Assembly (NCBI GenBank): GCA_964016885.1
Contig: OZ024740.1
Location: 365,862,001 to 365,926,000 of the forward strand
DNA: 64,000 bases
Direction of reading: 5' to 3'
From: Eledone cirrhosa
Lineage: Eukaryota
The stretch's first letter is position 1; the number at the start of each line of letters is the position of its first letter. Below are positions 37,842 through 53,470 of the stretch, one piece after another. Below the pieces are notes generated by a model. That model was not told the DNA's origin. It ran no database searches and saw nothing but the letters and a program-made list of their open reading frames with translations. The translations under genes were made by a program, and so were the position numbers.

Positions 37842-40800
37842 CATATATACATATACACACACACACATTCATATATACAAATATATTCATCATCATTAAA
37901 CATTTAGTAGGGAGAATGGATGTTTAAATGATGAGAATTATATATATATATATTTGATAATTGTTTCTACTTTTGGCACAAGCCCAGCAATTACCCAGTG
38001 CATTACTGCTACTTTATTTTATCGACCCCGTAAGGATGAAAGGCAAAGTTAACCTCGGCGGGATTTGAACTCAGATCATAAAGGGACGTAACCCTATGCT
38101 TCAAAGCATGGCGTCCGACTCTCTACAGATATATAATAATAATAAATACAACACCAATATACCTATGGAAACTATGCATCGAGTGCTCCCTTTGGTGAAC
38201 CTACAGTAACTGGCCATTACAATCCCTAAAAAATATATATATATAGTTGTGAAGATAAAGGACTAGACTACTGATCACAGAGTCAAGAGTTCTAAATATG
38301 CAAGAGCCATTGGATTGTTCTCTATGGTAATGTACATAACTGTCTATTTTAAACTGTAAAGCAATAAAGAAAAGTGAGTAAATTAAAAAAAAAATTAAAG
38401 AGTAGAGGTGAGAGAAAAATAGAAAATGACATGAACGATTAGTTGATTGGCAGCAGTAATGAGTAGAGGGGAGAGAAAAGGGAGTTTAAAAAGAGAAGAG
38501 GCTGGACATAAATTGTTGGGACATTCCAACAATATAAACTGAGAAAGTTGGATGTGTAGTAAGAAAACATGGAATGAGGTTAAGTGTCCTATTTATGTAT
38601 GAATTATATGGTATATTGCTCTCATTCATCAACTACAGTTGTGAGAAATTATGGTAATCTGGGTATGTTATATGTTAATGGGATATATTAGTTACTTCTT
38701 CATTAATTAAAAAACAATATATACATTTAGTTGTGCTGTAAAATGATATGGTATTTCTAAACCCCTAAAAGTAGTTGCTGATATGAAACGGTCAACACTT
38801 GAATAGTGTAAAAGTCAAAATATGTTAAGTGAAATGGATGTATAAGATAACATATGAAATGTTAATTATATGTAGAGCTGTGTAGTTAATAAGTTCACTT
38901 TGCATTGATGTGGTTCTTTCTTTTTTTTTCATCAAACTACACACGAAGTGTATTCTACTGTAGCTTTGGGCTGAGCAATGGCTTGTGAGTGAAATTTGGT
39001 AGATGAAAACTATGAAGAAGCCCATCATGTGTGGTGGTGGTGATGGTGTATGTGTGTATATGTATACACACACTTGCGTAGGAATTTCATTGCCTACATC
39101 AATAACTGGCTTCAGGTAGCTCCAGTGACACAATGAAAGGAACTGAAACATTTAAAGAGTTACTTCTGATCCCTAGTCAGATATGGAGTACAGCAGCAAC
39201 CTCACTACCTAAGTGTTTATCCTAAATATCATACACACACACACACACACATGCATGCATGTCCATCTTTGTGTTAATGTTTATCAGTGTATCAAAAACA
39301 GAACTTTCTGATTTGATAAATGGACATTGAAATGATTACTAATCAAACTGAAATAAATACTGGGATCAATCAATATGATCAACCTAAACTCTTCAGTAGG
39401 CCACAGAAGATTTGAACTTGGAATACAAAGAGCTGCAATAAATATTGCAAGGCAGCTCTGCTGATGCTCCCATAATTCTGTCAATCTATTGCACTACTAC
39501 TCTATCGATTCAAAAGGATGAAAGGCAAAATTGATCTCAGTGGGATTCAAACTCAGAGTGCTATGATCTAGAACAAATATTGATTTCTAATTTAAGTCCC
39601 AAGGCCAACATCATGAGAAGAGAGGGAAAGGTGATTAAATTAATCCCAGTACATGACTGGTACTTTATTTTATTAACCTTGGCAGGATGAAAAGAAATGT
39701 TGACCACAGTGGGATTTGAACTCAGAACATAAAGGGTTCCGAAACATTTTGTCCAATACTTAATGAATCTGCCAATTCACCCTTTATCTCATGTTCTAAT
39801 AATTGTAACATGTGTATTATTAGATTTAATACATGCTCTCTAATGTTCTAACACACACACAAAACACAATCATTTTACAGCAAGACACCACATACATGTG
39901 TGGGATTTTTTTCACAGATTCAAATCAACTACTCCAGGGTATATTATTACATTATTAAACAAGTTAAAGTTGTTAAACAAACATCACAATTATCTAGAAT
40001 TCAAACAGAATGGTGATAATTTTCATAAAATATTAATTTTTAATAGGGATCAAAACCAATGCATTCTCTTTTTTTAAATATTTCATTATCTCTTATACAA
40101 TGATTCAACACAAGAAAGATCCATGCCCATAGCCAGCAATTGCTTCTGAAGAATTAAAAGGTAATAGTCGCAAAGGTAGAAAAGTTTAGTGGGGTGAGGG
40201 AAGGCTTTAGTACTATTAACAGAAAATGTAGTGGGTTTAATCTTAGTGATTTACAATAAAAATACAACAACAATAATAATAATGATGATGATAATACCAA
40301 TGATGATAATGGTGATAATGATAATAATAATAATTGTTACTACTTTTGGCGCAAGGCCAGCAATTTGAAGGGAAGAGGAAAGTCGATTAAATCACAGTGC
40401 GATATTAATACTTTATTTAGTTGATCCTGTAAGGAAAAGGAATGTAACTATATGCTGCAAAGCATGTTTGACACTATACCAATACTGCTAATCCACTGTC
40501 CTTTCAACCAACATTAAGTATGGCAATAATAATTGTTTCTACTTTAGGCACAAGGCTAGCAATTTGAAGGGGAGAGGAAAGTCGATTAAATTGACCCCAG
40601 TGCACTACTTTATTTTATCGACCCCATAAGGATGAAAGGCAAAGTTAATCTCAGTGGGATTTGAACTCAGAACGTAAAGGGACATAACTATGCAGTAAAA
40701 ATACAAATTTCTTGGGTTTCAATGAATTGCTGATTTTACATTGACAGGTACTTATTTTGGATCCCCACTCTCAGCACTCAAAGTAAGAGTGGTAAAGCAA

Positions 40801-42302
40801 ATCTAAGCAAAATTCGAAGTTAGATTGTAAAGAGATGTAATTCAATAATTTAAGGTATTTTGTTTAACAGTCTACTGATTCTACAAGATTTCTTAGATAA
40901 GCACAAGGTGAGACATTTGAAGGGGACACCTATAGCTAGTTGAAAATACTCCTAATATATTTTAATGAACTCTAGAGAGATGTATGGTGAAGCTAAGCTG
41001 ATGCTAAAAGAATTTAAGATTAATGTAAAAAACTGATTCTGGCAGTTTGACATTAGTACACAGACACAATCTCAATATATTACTGGTAATTGTTTTATTT
41101 TATGTTATGGTGTGTTAGAATTTTGACTCTTTGGCTTCTATTTCATTTCAGTTTGTCCTTAAAGCATCTGTCCCAATAAATTACCGAAGGTGACACCAGA
41201 ATCGGCAATTGCCAGTGGAAGGGATATCACCATCATTGGGAAAAGCAGGATATAGACTGGTGTCATGAGCTACCACCACCACCATTTAACATCTATTTTC
41301 CATGATTGCATAGGTTAGACGGGTTGTAGCATGATGCTAAGGCTGAACTGGTCAGGTGATTACATTGTATTTGTACACTCCATTTTGGCAGGTTTCTATG
41401 GTTGGATGCTCTTCCTAACAACAACTGCTTTACACCATTCTTTGGAGTGGAGTGAGTGCTTTTCATTGTGGTACCATTGACTCACAGTTTAAAAAAGGCA
41501 AATTGATTTGCAGAGGAATAACTTAATTAAATGGACAAAGCTGTTCCTGAATCACCAGATTGACCTGTACTTTGTATGTATGGACCAGTAACTCTAGATG
41601 GAGTTATAGGGGCAAAGTCATGATATACGATGTACCTAGGGGCACTCTAAACCTGGTGGAGCCCATCCCCACTCCAGGTCTGAATACAGCAGATTTCTTC
41701 CAGAAAAGGAAAGAGAGAGAGCGGAGGAAGAATCAACCACCAGTCCTAGACTGGTATTTATTTTATTAACCTTGAAAAGATGAAAGGCAAATTTGACCTC
41801 AGTGGGATTTGAACTCAGAGAGCAAGAACGAATACTGCGAAGCAGTCTATCCAACATTCTAACAACTCTGCTAATTCACTGCCTTACCTGATACTATAGA
41901 TTCCTCAAATTCCATATGCTATACTAATTTTCTAATACAGAGTAGGGATCTAATTTTTTAACATCGTAGGATATCCTAGTTAACAATAATAAAATTCTAA
42001 CATATGAGATGGAACAATATAAAAACTGAAAGAAAATATGAAAAAGAAAAAGAAATCAACTCAAATACTTAATCTCATCATTATGAGCTTAAAATGTAGA
42101 CAAATTTTATAATGTGATGAATATCAGGCTAGTTGAGCCAGAAGGGTATTATATTGATAGATTATGGGAAAAGGGAAGACATTTCTTAACTTAATACTGT
42201 TGTAAGTTTAAAGAGCTGGACTACCAGCCACATGGCTAACAGTTTAAACGTCATCAATGTGGACATTGTGTTGTATTCCTGTACAAAACACATAACTCTA
42301 CT

Positions 42303-42769
42303 TACCATACATACTTGTATATAAGCCAATCCAAATATAAGTCAATCTCTTATTTTGTGTGTGAGAAAATGTCCATGCATGAAGAATATTTTTAATGAAA
42401 TTTTAATATTTTGATATCTAAAATGTTTTAAAGTATCATTTTGAATATTACCATTTCATCTGTTTTATAATATTTCAACAAGTTTTTCAATTTTTTGTTT
42501 ACTTTCTTTCCCTCTCTCTCTCCCCTTCTCTCTGTACTACTGTGTGTGTGTCTATGTGTGTATATGTATTTGTGTCTGTAAACATGTTTCTAACATGTAG
42601 TAAAACTTTATTTGTAAAGCAATCACTTCAGATATTTTGGCATCTTTTTTTATGTAGACGAAGTTGGTGAAAATCAGCAAAATATTGACCGCAAATATAA
42701 GTCTACTCTAATTTTTTTAATTGATATTTTGTAATATATTTCTTGGCTTATACATGAGTATATATGGTA
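42303..42769. mobile_element. Tc1/mariner-superfamily MITE
   Basis: TIRs CCATACATACTTGTATATAAGCC / GGCTTATACATGAGTATATATGG with TA at each end; internal caaatataagtc subterminal repeat. Confidence 0.7.
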
Positions 42770-43546
42770 AATCTTGTGTTATATTGTTTTGGGTGAAAAC
42801 TTAAGTTAATCAAGTTTTCCATAGTACACTTTGCTGACACAAGTTCCATTCCTATTTCACACAAAAGATGTAAAAAGACAAAAATTAAAATTGTAGCATT
42901 AAGTTGTGAAACCAATTCAACCAACATTATGTAAATGTCTTTATGATTTGATGATCGAATGAGAAATCGGATGTAAAAACTGAAAACAAAATGGTTATTT
43001 ATGGAAAATAAAGAAGTGTGTAAAATAGTACAAATTAACATTAAATCTGGTGTATAAACATTATGTATCAATATTAGCTTTATGGCTTTGTGTATGTCTG
43101 CAAGTATAGGTGTGGAAATATATCTATGTATATTTGTTGGAGCAATTAATTTACAGTTGAACATCTTTGCCACTGACTTAACTCTGTTGTTGGAGGGGAA
43201 CAAGTTTTTATCAGTCAGACAGATTGGAAGAATAATAATTAATATATAATAAAGTATAATCTGAGAATAAGAAAACCTTAAGTTGTCTGTCAGCATGGAG
43301 ATGGAGAAAAATCCAAGTTAGTGTCTCAAGAACAAAACAAATAAATAATGTAAATAGAAATTCATATTTGTTTAATGCTGGAAGAAGAAAAAAAGGAATG
43401 TTGTACGTTTTGGATTGCTGTCCTTCAAAGCAGAGAAGAAAAGAGGAAAGGGAAAAGAATAATAGAACAGAAAGAATAGAGAGGACAAAACGTTTTACAG
43501 CTAAGGGGAAGTAATGAGTAAGTGATGAAGTAATGAGTATGTGATG

Positions 43547-43585
<39 letters not shown>

Positions 43586-43861
43586 CAGTGAAATGTGGTG
43601 GTGTGATGTGTGTTTAGCAGTTATAACTAAAACATAGGAGTATGTGTATTTATGTGAAAATGTGTAGTTAAAGGTAGGAAAGCTTGCAATTTAATCCTTG
43701 GAGTTGAGTCGTTCTGAAGTGTTATTCACATTGAAACTGAGATATAGTAGAACCATGGTTTAAAGTGATACAACAAACAGAAAGGTATCAAGATGTACAG
43801 TGTGTGGGTGGAAATAGTGGGCAAAAGAATCCCTTCATTAAAAGAAGCATTACAGAAATTA

Positions 43862-44379
<518 letters not shown>

Positions 44380-44530
44380 ATATTTAAAAGATGATAATTG
44401 ATTACAGCTGAAATATTTTTTCTTGTTATACTCCCTTAAAATTTAATTTAGATCAACTCACCCTTTCATTACTGCAATGGATCTCTGAAAGACAAAAATT
44501 GAAAAAGCTAGAATTAGTAATACAAATAAT

Positions 44531-44569
<39 letters not shown>

Positions 44570-44668
44570 TATTGAAATTTCAGTTAGAAACAGAAAAGGT
44601 CATAGAAATGAAGAGTGCTCTATGTCAGTATCAGAGCAAAATTTAATGTATAAAATCAATACAATATT

Positions 44669-44740
<72 letters not shown>

Positions 44741-45217
44741 GTGTGTATATATATTTAAAACTGATGATTCACTCTGTTGTTACTGGGAGTTCTCACTATG
44801 TGCAATCCTTCAGGTGACAAAAGATGATATGTATGCAACTGTGTGTGTATATATATATAGTCAGAAGGCCTACCATCTCAGTGTACTATAGCTAGTTCAA
44901 CATACAAAGGCATTTACATTTATGCCAATTGTGACTTGCATTACATCTAACCACCAACTCCACTTAAAAATCTTTGAAACTACAAGAAGCAAGTGATAAT
45001 GGATCTGATAACATTCTTAACTGAAATACATAGAACTAAACAAGCCTCATATTAAAAGGGACCAAAAACAAACCCTAAGGTAAATTACCATGAAATTTAA
45101 CATTAAATGGTTCAAAGTCACAAGGAAATTACCCAAACTCTATAATCTTCAAAATAAAAGGTCTATTTTTGGAGAAGCTGCTCACCATATATACAATTCA
45201 TTAAAATTTATAGTACA

Positions 45218-45558
45218 CTAGCAAAAGAGCCTTGTCATTGCCAGGCACACCTTAATAAGATAAAGTGAATAACCAAATTAAGGTAATATGGCTGTAGTTA
45301 CTACTCCCACTGATACCCTTTTTGTCACATTCTCTCTCGTCCTCCACCTTCGCCATTGTCAATAAAAACCTGCCTCACCCTGTCTGTATTTTTCTACTAA
45401 CACTGCTACCATTTAGGGGAAAGCAAGATTTAAACTATTTGTTGACATGCTCCAAGAGCTAAATAACCTATGTATCAAATTTGAACAAAATTGGATGGAA
45501 ACTGTGGAAATGCATTGCCTGCATACAGACAGACATTTTTGTTTTTATATATATAGAT
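45218..45558 (+). mobile_element. DINE-1/HINE (Helentron-associated)-like element
   Basis: Starts ACTAGC, contains aacctatgtatcaaatttgaacaaaattggatg and acagacagaca, ends tttatatatatagat. Confidence 0.5.
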
Positions 45559-45669
45559 TACTATTGTGTAAGGGCTTGCTGCTCACCATAGATACAATTC
45601 ATTTGAATTTATAGTACATTACTATATGTGTAAGGGCTTGAAGGCCAACACTATAAATATCCATAACAG

Positions 45670-46340
45670 GACAGATCCTGAACACTATAGATCTTGCCTG
45701 CAATCTGACCTGGACACAATGCAACACAGACTGGCAACTCAAGCTAGCTGTGGACAAGTGTACCACTATGCATTTTGAGAGTAAAAACCCAGCGTCCACA
45801 TACTCCCTCCACAACACTAATATCAAGAAGTCTTCTTGTGAACATGACCTGTGCATCACAGTCAGCAGCGATTTGCATTGGATGAAGCACGTCTCTAAAA
45901 TTGTCAAGAAGGCCGAGGATGTCTTAGAATCACTCAGCAAGACCTTTGTCAGCCGCTCTCCAGCTATCTATTTAAAGCTGTATATAACTATAACTTAGAA
46001 TTTGCATCACCAGTCTGGAACCCCTACCTTGTTCAGAACATTGACCGCCTGGAAACTGTTCAGAGACGTGCAACCAAGCAAATACCCTCCATCAGGCATC
46101 TACCATACTCTAACGCCTTGCTTCCCTGGGCATGGATACATTGAAGCTCCGACGTCTGGCAACTGACTTGGTAAACACCCACAAAATTATTAACCATCTT
46201 GCCAACAACAACCCTGTATATCATGACTCATACACTATTCACTTCCCTGACATTTGTATATTATTCTATGTACTATACATGCACCTTTGATGAGTTGTAG
46301 TGCACCTGAGCACTGTACATAATAATTTCATTATTATTAT
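45670..46340 (+). mobile_element. CR1 LINE 3' fragment with internal deletion
   Basis: Reverse-complement match to ~49516-50455; deletion near 46215. Confidence 0.85.
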
Positions 46341-48775
46341 TATATTGTCCATTCAGCTGTTCACAGTTTCGACTAAAGTTACACAACAATTAATACAGCT
46401 AACTTTGACAACAGCTCTATATAGCTGCAACATCAGTGTATCTGGTAAACCTAGTAATAACAATAAGCCACATCAGTGAGCCAAGGAGGAAGTCTCTATA
46501 AGATTACTTGACCTGTTAGAAATAGTAGCCAAATCTCCTTTGTGCAACACCTTACCAACTTAAAAAAGATATATCTCTAAATAAGAACAACACACACCAG
46601 CCAAACAGGAAAAAAATATCTACAAGATATATCTAGCCTACAAATTTTTTCAAGTGTCCTATTTCATTGTCTTAAAAGCAAAAAGGACACACTGGATCAT
46701 GTAGTCCTGGATATACACCGATTGAAATAAAAATAAAAAATAAATACAGGCTTTGCATAGTTTAAAGTCCTTTGATCATAGGTCTATTTAATCAGGACGA
46801 ATTTACATACTAATAAGAATAACGGCCAATAGCATCAATTCTCCCATGTCTATATGTAGTTCATTGCTGTAAGTAGCCTGATTGGTTTTTAGGTTTGCAG
46901 TGCTGAGTATAAATCTTTCCATGGAAGAGAAAGATTTATAATCAGAGCAGGCCTAGGGCTAAAGAACAACAAAAGCAAAAGTAATAGAAAGACCATTTCA
47001 CCTATAAAGTCTACAATCATTACAAGATAAATCTTTTTTATAGAATAGATAACCAAACATTGAAGTAAAATGCAATAACCTTAAAATATTATTCTCAATA
47101 ATTATACTAAAAAACAACATAGAAGAGGCTTCTATGCTCAAGTTCAGATAATAATCAACTCAACCATGCAATTGAAAGATGATATTCGCACATGTCAGCA
47201 TAACATTCAGAAACTTCAAAAACACACACAAAAAGAACATTCAAATAACATTAAAAATAAACATTACATATTACACAATTTCCACATGCTGAGTGTATCC
47301 TGGTTTTTAGAATAGGTACATCGCATCTTTGAGTACTGTAAGAGGCGACTAAAAGGGTTGGCATCAGAAAGGGTGTCCAGCTGTAAAACGCTGCCTCAAA
47401 ACATTCCATCCAACCCATGCCAGCATGGAAATATGGACGTAAAAACGAGGATGATAATGTACACACTGCATACTCCTATTTAAAAACAACACAACTTATA
47501 AGTGCCTATTAGATACAGCTTTCTTCTTAATCGATCATTAACAACCTACTTTTGATGATCACTTTAAGTCTAATCAATTTCTAGTTGTTTACAAATCTCA
47601 ACATTTTTTGGCTAGGTTTATTAGCATGGTATGTTTCATATCGATATATATCAATGCAATACTGTTTTTAAACCTTGCCGAAGATAAGCCATTGTTATAA
47701 TAGCGATGAAAAATTGAGTAAAAAAATAATCAAAATATGGTTAATAACCACACAAATATTAAGAAAGGTGTGTTTCTGCAAAACTATTGAGGTTAAAAGT
47801 TACCTTATGTTGTATATACTTATATACACACATGGATCTCCCCTCACATGATAGCATGTCACTTTTTTTTTCATATTTTATAAGCACAAAAGCAATGTAT
47901 ATATATATATACAAAAGCAATGGATTGAATTGACTACACATATACCCACAGTACACACATTTACACACTGTATATACTTAAATGCCCAAACTTTGTCAAG
48001 AAAGAAAAATTCTTTATTACAGAAACTTTTGTTTGCTTTGTCTCAATGAAACCCCAGCAAATGAAGCTATGTGGTGAGGGTAAACATGTGATTAGGAAAG
48101 ACAAGTGATCAGGGAAGGTACAGGAAATGAGGTAGAAAACTGGTAGCAAAATGTGCAGCAAAACCTTGACAGTAGATTAAAGTAGTTAGAAGCAGGAAAA
48201 GAGTCATGCAAAAAAAATCTTAAGACTTAATGATAATAATGATAATAATAAAAGAAAAGTATAAAACAGAGCAAGTTTAAATCAATAGCAATGTGTATAT
48301 ATGTTTTAAGCTTGCATAATAAGCTAAAGGATCTGAGGGAAGCTAAGCTAATTGAATGACAGAAAACTAACACAATCTTCACTTCACAACGCTATTTTGT
48401 AACACACACACACAAAGGAGAGACAGGGAAAGGATTTCAGGAAGTCTGTTCAAGAAAAACTAAGGCAAATAAAATCAATTCTAAAGAGAAATGTTTTCTT
48501 TGTATCATGGTTTCTTTTTTAAAAAAAAGATAGATTGAGGGGAGAAAAAATAAATAAAAAAGGATAATTCCCTTGACCAATTCCACTTTCAGATGAAAGA
48601 CAATAGCTAAATATTCTGCTAGCAATGACAAAAAATATATATTCAAATAAATCCTGATACTTAATAAAAATCTTTTTGCTGAAGCTGAAGATTTGCATTT
48701 AGAGAAATAAACAATTGGGATGGAAAAATACACCATTAACAGGGAAGAGAATGTACCAAGAAGTAAGTGTGCATG

Positions 48776-48946
<171 letters not shown>

Positions 48947-49034
48947 ATACTATTACAGCAGCTATGAAAGGTGGGCCAATATAAGACGTGTTCAGTTGTT
49001 AGATGGTATGATACTGCATCATAATCGAGAATAT

Positions 49035-49171
49035 AGCAAGAAGAGAAAGGCTAGCAAGAAGAGAAAGGCTAGCAAGAAGAGAAAGGCTAGCAAGAAGAGA
49101 AAGGCTAGCAAGAAGAGAAAGGCCAACAAGAAGAGAAAGGCCAACAAGAAGAGAAAGGCCAACAAGAAGAG
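49035..49171. repeat. 18-bp tandem repeat, about 7.5 units in two variants
   Basis: AGCAAGAAGAGAAAGGCT units followed by AACAAGAAGAGAAAGGCC units. Confidence 0.9.
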
Positions 49172-49515
49172 TTAGGGTAAAGTAAAAAGTTTATATATGT
49201 AACAGGGTATTGATGGAAAGTCAGAACAAAACTATTTTCAATACTGAAATTTTGGTAAAAACATTGACAACAAAAATTACATAATTCTAGAAACAAGAAA
49301 AATACTTAGTGTAAAAAATAAAAATAAAGACCCACTAAAATTACAACAGAGCCATTCTGCTAATTGTTTCTACTTTTGGCACAAGGCCAGCAATTACCCC
49401 AGTGCATTACTGGTACTTTATTTTATCGACCCTGTAAGGATGAAAGGCATAGTTAATGTCAGCGGGATTTGCACTTGGCTAATTAATATAACAAAATGAT
49501 GTGTTATATAATTAG

Positions 49516-52500
49516 TAATAATAATAATAATGAAATTATTGTGTACAGTGCTCAGGTGCACTACAAATCGTCAAAGGTGCATGTATAGTACATAGAATAA
49601 TATACAAATGTCAGGGAAGTGAATAGTGTACGAGTCATGATATACATGTGTGCGTGTGTATGGAGGGGGAATATTAGGTGTAGTGTTGGCGAATCTCGGG
49701 AAGCATGGAGGTTTTAAAGGATGCAGTGTCTCGATAGCTAATAACTGATGAAGGTAATTTGTTCCATGCTTCAGCAACTCTGAGCGTGAAAAAATGTTTC
49801 CGAAAGTTATGGGAGCTGTGCTGTTTTCTGACTTTGTGGGCATGCCCACGTGTGTTAGACACATGGAAATCAAAAAGGTACTCAGGGTTGTTGTTGGCAA
49901 GATGGTTAATAATATTTTGTGGGTGTTTACCAAGTCAGTTGCCAGACGTCGGAGCTTCAATGTATCCATGCTCAGGGAAGCAAGGCGTTCAGAGTATGGT
50001 AGATGCCTGATGGAGGGTAATTGCTTGGTTACACGTCTCTGAACAGTTTCCAGGTGGTCAATGTTCTGAACAAGGTAGGGGTTCCAGACTGGTGATGTAA
50101 ATTCTAACTAAGTGTGGCCGCACCATAGCTATATACAGCTTTAGATAGATAGCTGGAGAGCGGCTGACAAAGGTCTGGCTGAGTGATGCTAAGACACCCT
50201 CGGCCTTCTTGACAATTTTAGAGATCTGCTTCGTCCAACGCAAATCGCTGCTGACCGTAATGCCCAGGTCACGTTCACAAGAAGACTTCTTGATATTAGT
50301 GTTGTGGAGGGAGTATGTAGATGCTGGGTTTTTACTTCCAAAATGCATAGTGGTACACTTGTCCACAGCTAGCTTGAGTTGCCAGTCTGTGATCCATTGT
50401 TGCATTGTGTCCAGGTCAGATTGCAGGCAAGATCTATTGTGTTCAGGATCTATCCTTTTTATCTCAAGGTACAGCTTGATGTCATCTGCATATTTCAGTG
50501 CTGTGGCATTCTTTAAGTTAGCATCTATGTCATTAATATATGCCACAGACAAAAGGGGGCCAAGAACAGATCCCTGTGGTACACCATATGACATCTCATA
50601 TGGTGAGAAATGCTGTCCTAGAACCGTGACTACCTCTCTTCAACTGAAGGACTTCAACCAGTTAAAAAGATCATCCTTCACACCCATTGCAGAGAGTTTT
50701 GCCATAAGTTTTTTGTGAGGCACAGAATTGAAAGCTTTAGCAAAGTCAAGGTAAACAACATCCACCCATGAGCCACCATCAGTGATCCGGGTAATGCCTT
50801 CAAGAAACTCGATAAGTTGATCACAGCAGCTGGAGTCAGGGATAAATCCAAATTGCAAGAGCCGGATAAGACAGAGTTCCAGAAGTTCCAAAGCGTTTCT
50901 CTGACATAGGATTCCATCAGTTTGGCAATGCAGCTAGTAAGACTGAATGGATGATAGTTCACAGGTGATGTGCAGTCACCCTTTTTGAACAGAGGAATGA
51001 CACTGGCAGTTTTCCACTGTTCTGGAGTAGCACCGTTGTTCAGACAGAATTGAAAGAAACGTGATAGCTGGTGCAGAAGGAAGTACCCACCATGTTTAAG
51101 ACGCAGGTACGTAACACCATCAAGACCAGGAGAGGCATGGTTGTGTTTAATTTTAAGGTGATGTTGCAGCATTGCAGGTGTAAATTCCATAGTTGTAATA
51201 GAATCCGATGTCAGAGGTGGTGGAGACGGTACACTCTGGTCTTCAATAGTGAAAATGCCTGCATAGTATTCAGCAATGAGCTCTATGCATTCCTTGGGGT
51301 CATCAGTAACCTGGCTTGTGTGGGGATTGTGAAGAGGACCAACTGGAGAGTGAAGCCTCTGCTTTGAGTGAACATATTTCCAGAACACCTTACTGTTAGG
51401 GCTGGTTGCTATGCATTGCTCAAATTGAAGCACTGCCTTTTTTGTCACCTGTTTGAGATGGTTGGATGATTTATTTCGCCTCTTCCTATTGATGTCTGAT
51501 TTATGCAGTTTGTACTCATGTTCAGCATTACAATGTTCTTTTCTGGCAAGATGGACTGCTGCAGTCTCCCAAATTGCACTTTTGGGATGTTTTTTCTGCT
51601 TACGTGGCACCGATGCTGCACATGCTGTCCATATTGAGCTCAGGATGTTCTGGAGTAGTGTTGACATCTCCAAAGTCGTAGAACTCAAGCCAGTTTGGAC
51701 GTTGCAACTCAGTGCAGTAACAATTCCAGTCTGCTTTATTCCAGTCAAAGTGAGCAGTTTGGAGATGGTTGTGGTTTTTGTTACTGCCCATGAGGGATAG
51801 ATTGGCAATGATCATAGCATGATCAGAGTCACCTAAAGGTTCCTCAGCAGTAACACTAATGACCGTTTCAGGAGTACTGGTGAAGAGTAGGTTCAAAGTG
51901 TTGTCACTTCTTGTTGGGGAGGTGACTACTTGGGACCAGTTCGATTCCAGCACTAGCTCAAGGAAATCATTTGCACTTGGCTGCCAATGAAAGCTTTCCC
52001 AGTCAATCTCAGAGTGATTGAAGTCCCCTGCAATAAAAACATAAGTGGCTGTTTTCCTGGCAGCAACTCTGAGGATATCACAAAGTTGAGTGTCCTGATG
52101 GTAATTTGGGGGACGGTAAACGACTCCAAGTAGCAGTGTTGACATGGTCATATGTATATCGCAGAAAAATACTTCCTGCTGTGATTGGTTCAAATCAACA
52201 CAAGAAATTGCTGAAAAATTTGACCGAACATAGACCATTAGACCACCACCACCACCACAACGATTAATGCGATCTTTACAAAACAAGTTGTAGCCAGTTA
52301 TGCTGAAAACCCCATCACAGAATAAGGAATGTGCCCATGTTTCCGTGACTGTAATGAAGTCAGGGTTGATACTTTTGACGTAGGAGTCAAAAAGATGAAT
52401 CTTATTGCATAGACTACGTGCATTCAAGGACAACAATTTGTACCTTGATTCCAGTCTATGATTATGTGCAGGGGATGGCAGGTTGTTCTGATTTAGTTTC

Positions 52501-53470
52501 CCAGAGATTTTTCAGTTTTTTTATTGTCAGTTGTTGTGAGTACAGTGTTTTCAGACCAACTGGTATTTCTTTTCCATGTTTCACTATCCTTAATAAACTT
52601 CCATATCTGTCCATCATCATGTAGGCTGAAGCTTTCATGTTCTGCCGAGCTGCGGTTTAAGGAAGCTGCAGCACGCAGCTTTGGGCAGACATCAGGTGGA
52701 AGACCAAGGCGTGTTCGGAAGGCAATCCGACTTTCACGCCTAGCTTTATCAGAGGCCAAAAGATATGAATGTGCCTCAGTTGAGTTCAAAAAAGTCTAAT
52801 TCGCCTCGATTTCGGACCTGGTCGACCAAGGCGTAGAGCACCCTTCGGCACATTGAAGGCAAACAGAAACACGACATTTGCCACATTCAACCCATCGATT
52901 TCGGAAGGAGTTCTCTGGTACATAGATGACAGACGTGATTTTCTGGGTAATATTCTATTTTGGAAGATCGCCCAGTTTTGTTGCACACTTCATCCATGGA
53001 TGTCACAATAGCTATTTTATCCTGTCTGTCCATCCGTACAGTAGAACAAGATGTAAATGTAAACAAATAAATATGCTGCATAAGTTTAGCACATTTGTTA
53101 ATGAGATAAATGTTTGTTTATGTTTTGTTTTTGTATTTCTGTTTTCCTATGTGTTGTGTGTGTGTGTATGCAAAAAGATCTGCACACGAATATATAATTA
53201 TATATATATAATTAAAAGGTGTATATGGGTTAGAAGCGAAGTCAGTGTTCAGAAAGATTTTACAAATGTATGTAAGATTGGCTGGTATAGTGTCTCACAC
53301 GAAACAGTGTGGTTTCTTTTCACTTGTGTGTATATGTGTGCGCGGTATGTATCTATATATAAATCTGTGTGTATATTGTTGTTTATAGATTTTGTGAAGT
53401 ACTTACTGCGATCCCTAAGGGATGTAGTGAAGTACTTACTGCGTTCCCTAAGGGATGTAGTGATTTACTC
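49516..53470 (-). mobile_element. Near full-length decayed CR1-clade LINE (ORF1 remnant, APE endonuclease, reverse transcriptase)
   Basis: Endonuclease motifs SLNARSL, TETW, GVVYRPP, GDFN, SDH (51600-52436); RT motifs PGLDG, VIPLFKKG, QFGF, YLDFAKAF, GVPQGSVLGPLL, YADD; several frameshifts; (ATT)n tail at ~49516. 5' limit approximate. Confidence 0.92.
53394..53463. repeat. 33-bp tandem duplication at the CR1 5' end, with internal palindrome
   Basis: GTGAAGTACTTACTGCG(A/T)TCCCTAAGGGATGTA twice; ATCCCT-A-AGGGAT palindrome. Confidence 0.8.

Noticed and set aside
48017-48066. Possible alternative terminal exon ASFAGVSLRQSKQKFL* (acceptor ccacatag at 48066)
   Set aside because: Moderate acceptor and no independent support; such matches are expected by chance.
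49035-49171. CRISPR-like regular repeat
   Set aside because: No spacers; eukaryotic tandem repeat.
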